NCBI GenBank assembly: GCA_041657425.1
Contig: JBBABY010000010.1
Span: 1 to 32,000 of the forward strand
DNA length: 32,000 bases
Direction of reading: 5' to 3'
Source: an archaeon
GTDB lineage: Archaea > Iainarchaeota > Iainarchaeia > Iainarchaeales > CSSED10-239
Every line of letters begins with the position of its first letter. The stretch's first letter is position 1. Shown here piece by piece: positions 30,579-32,000 of the stretch. The notes under the pieces were generated by a model. That model was not told the DNA's origin and searched no databases. It was given only the letters and a program-made list of their open reading frames with translations. The position numbers were made by a program, and so were the translations under genes.

Positions 30579-31297
30579 CATATCTTTTCACAAACAAAAT
30601 TTGTAAATTTAGAATTTACAATGTCAAAGGACATTTCATAAAAATGAAGTGTTCCATCATTCTTTTGTATGTTTTTAAAGATTATAAGGTTATCAGGGAA
30701 TAAAATTCCTTTTTTGTTTTTTTTGTAAAATTCAGTTTTATTTACAAATTGATAATCTCCTTCTCTGTTTTCTTTTATTAATTCTCCTTTTGGATTATCA
30801 ATCAAAATCACAAATTGAGTGAAATGGCTAAGTAATTCTCCATTTTCTTTGATTATAAAATTGATTACTGAAAAAATTTTTGCGTCTCCAGATAATCCTG
30901 TTTCTTCAAATAATTCTCTTTTTGCACAAGAAAGTATATTTTCTCCAAATTCTACTTTTGCACCAGGAAGTCCATAAAATCCATAATAAGGTTCTTTAGT
31001 TCTATGGTATAATAAATATTTTCCATTTTTTCTAACAACTAAAAGTGCAGCAACAAATGGTCTTTGTCTTTTTTTTCCAGTTTCTCCATCAAGTGATGAT
31101 TCTAAGGTTTTTCCTTTAGTTGTAAGTGCATATTTCTGATCTTTATCTTTCTTTACATATCCTTCTTCAATCAATTGATTTAAATGATATGTGAATTTAT
31201 TAGACGGTACTTTCTTATCCCAAAGATCACTAAATACTGTTTTTTTATTATGTATTAATATGCTTAAAATCTTTTCTCTAATTTCATTGTCTTTCAT
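30575..31297 (-). CDS. Winged-helix DNA-binding domain fused to a NUDIX hydrolase domain
   Basis: N-terminal KILSILIHNKKTVFSDLWDK...FTYHLNQLIEEGYVKK (wHTH). NUDIX box GAKVEFGENILSCAKRELFEETGL. Confidence 0.85.
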   Translation of the reverse strand: MKDNEIREKILSILIHNKKTVFSDLWDKKVPSNKFTYHLNQLIEEGYVKKDKDQKYALTTKGKTLESSLDGETGKKRQRPFVAALLVVRKNGKYLLYHRTKEPYYGFYGLPGAKVEFGENILSCAKRELFEETGLSGDAKIFSVINFIIKENGELLSHFTQFVILIDNPKGELIKENREGDYQFVNKTEFYKKNKKGILFPDNLIIFKNIQKNDGTLHFYEMSFDIVNSKFTNFVCEKIC

Positions 31298-31393
31298 AAT
31301 TATAACCTCTTTTTTTCATTAATAAATAGATTTAGGTAAAGAAGTAATTTAAAAGTAAGATGTCAAGAAAAGTTGAGTAAAATAGAGTAAACT

Positions 31394-32000
31394 CTATCTT
31401 GCTCCTTTAAAGTACATATATGTTTCTTCATAGCATCTGTGTCTAATCATAGTTAGATTTTCAGTGTGTGGAACTGTGAAATCAAAGAATAGATATACAT
31501 ATTCTTTATCAGATATAAGTTTTGGATTGATTTGATAATCAGGATAAATTTTAGCGAAATCTTTCTTAATAAACTTAATCTTTTCTTCAACATTTATTAA
31601 TTCAACAGAAGTTACAGGCGCTTTAACAATTACAGGAATATTAATTCCACCATAAGTAATTACTTGTTTTTCCAGGAAAAGTTTATTTGGAATTTTTATT
31701 GTTTCTTTAATTTCAGTGTTGATTGGATCAATAAACACAAAGAATGTTCCAATATGCTTTACAATTCCTTCTTCTTCTCCCATCTTAATATAATCTCCGA
31801 TTCTAAATGGCTTCTTTGTAAGAAGCATAAACCATACGATATAAGATAAAATAACTTCTCTTATAGCAAAAGCAATACCTGTTGCCGCAAGTCCTAAAAA
31901 TAAAGTGATATTAGATAAAGTAACTCCCATTTTCCAAAGAACAAAGGCAGTAGAAATTACATATATAAAAGAAATATATAATTTACTTAGTAATAGTTTT
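31394..32000 (-). CDS. Mechanosensitive ion channel (MscS family), 5' end outside the window
   Basis: LLTKKPFRIGDYIKMGEEEGIVKHIGTFFVFI is the MscS pore-helix/beta-domain junction. The frame stays open upstream of ATG 31930 to the window end (...LYISFIYVISTAFVLWK-M...), so the gene is partial. Confidence 0.8.
   Translation of the reverse strand, partial: KLLLSKLYISFIYVISTAFVLWKMGVTLSNITLFLGLAATGIAFAIREVILSYIVWFMLLTKKPFRIGDYIKMGEEEGIVKHIGTFFVFIDPINTEIKETIKIPNKLFLEKQVITYGGINIPVIVKAPVTSVELINVEEKIKFIKKDFAKIYPDYQINPKLISDKEYVYLFFDFTVPHTENLTMIRHRCYEETYMYFKGAR

Noticed and set aside
3129-31849. Many 60-140-aa ORFs in the track that lie antisense to, or out of frame within, well-supported genes. Examples are 3129-3374, 5805-6176, 7013-7195, 7314-7499, 7532-7756, 8699-8893, 11797-11982, 13248-13454, 14069-14251, 14812-15048, 16114-16413, 16888-17214, 18862-19302, 20130-20507, 23271-23459, 23803-24096, 24902-25266, 26725-26937, 28604-28810 and 31664-31849.
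   Set aside because: Each overlaps a longer ORF that has recognisable motifs or a coherent paralogue. Their translations are low-complexity (Leu/Phe/Ile/Ser-rich), which is typical of shadow frames in AT-rich DNA, and none has a convincing SD. They are not reported as genes.

Overview
Visibly AT-rich, densely coded window with about 38 genes on both strands. No rRNA, tRNA, CRISPR array, transposase or integrase was recognised. All product calls come from reading motifs in the translations; no database search was run.

The gene content points to a small-genome, possibly DPANN-type archaeon (inference). Supporting features are an archaeal-type S-adenosylmethionine synthetase, a Dph6-type diphthine-ammonia ligase domain, and class-III (archaeal prepilin-type) signal peptides. 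The code is standard, with TAA, TAG and TGA all ending well-supported genes.

1-15 kb is mostly housekeeping:
- A phage-like dTMP cluster: thyA (5' truncated by the window), folA and a kinase-dCMP deaminase fusion.
- An AlkD-like glycosylase, a double PP-loop fusion enzyme, a SAM methyltransferase, a class II Fic protein, CorA and GlmS.
- A 781-aa secreted protein with a lytic-transglycosylase-like motif set.

15-24.7 kb holds the most unusual content:
- A 767-aa protein made of about 50 tandem decapeptide repeats.
- A diadenylate cyclase operon lying divergent to a cation/H+ antiporter.
- Three paralogous pilin-signal surface-protein genes. One of them is separated by an in-frame TAG from a GLUG-repeat domain that has no start codon of its own.

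24.7-29.6 kb looks accessory or decaying:
- VapBC and two paralogous small Cys-containing membrane-anchored proteins.
- About 850 bp with only a stop-riddled ORF and a 48-codon ORF.
- A GNAT-like gene pair, each gene followed by the same 13-bp palindrome.

29.4-32 kb holds four genes:
- An unannotated 55-codon ribbon-helix-helix ORF lies divergent to the SAM synthetase, across an intergenic region with repeated 14-nt boxes.
- The same box and leader precede the repeat-protein gene 13.7 kb away.
- The window ends with a wHTH-NUDIX gene and a partial MscS channel gene.
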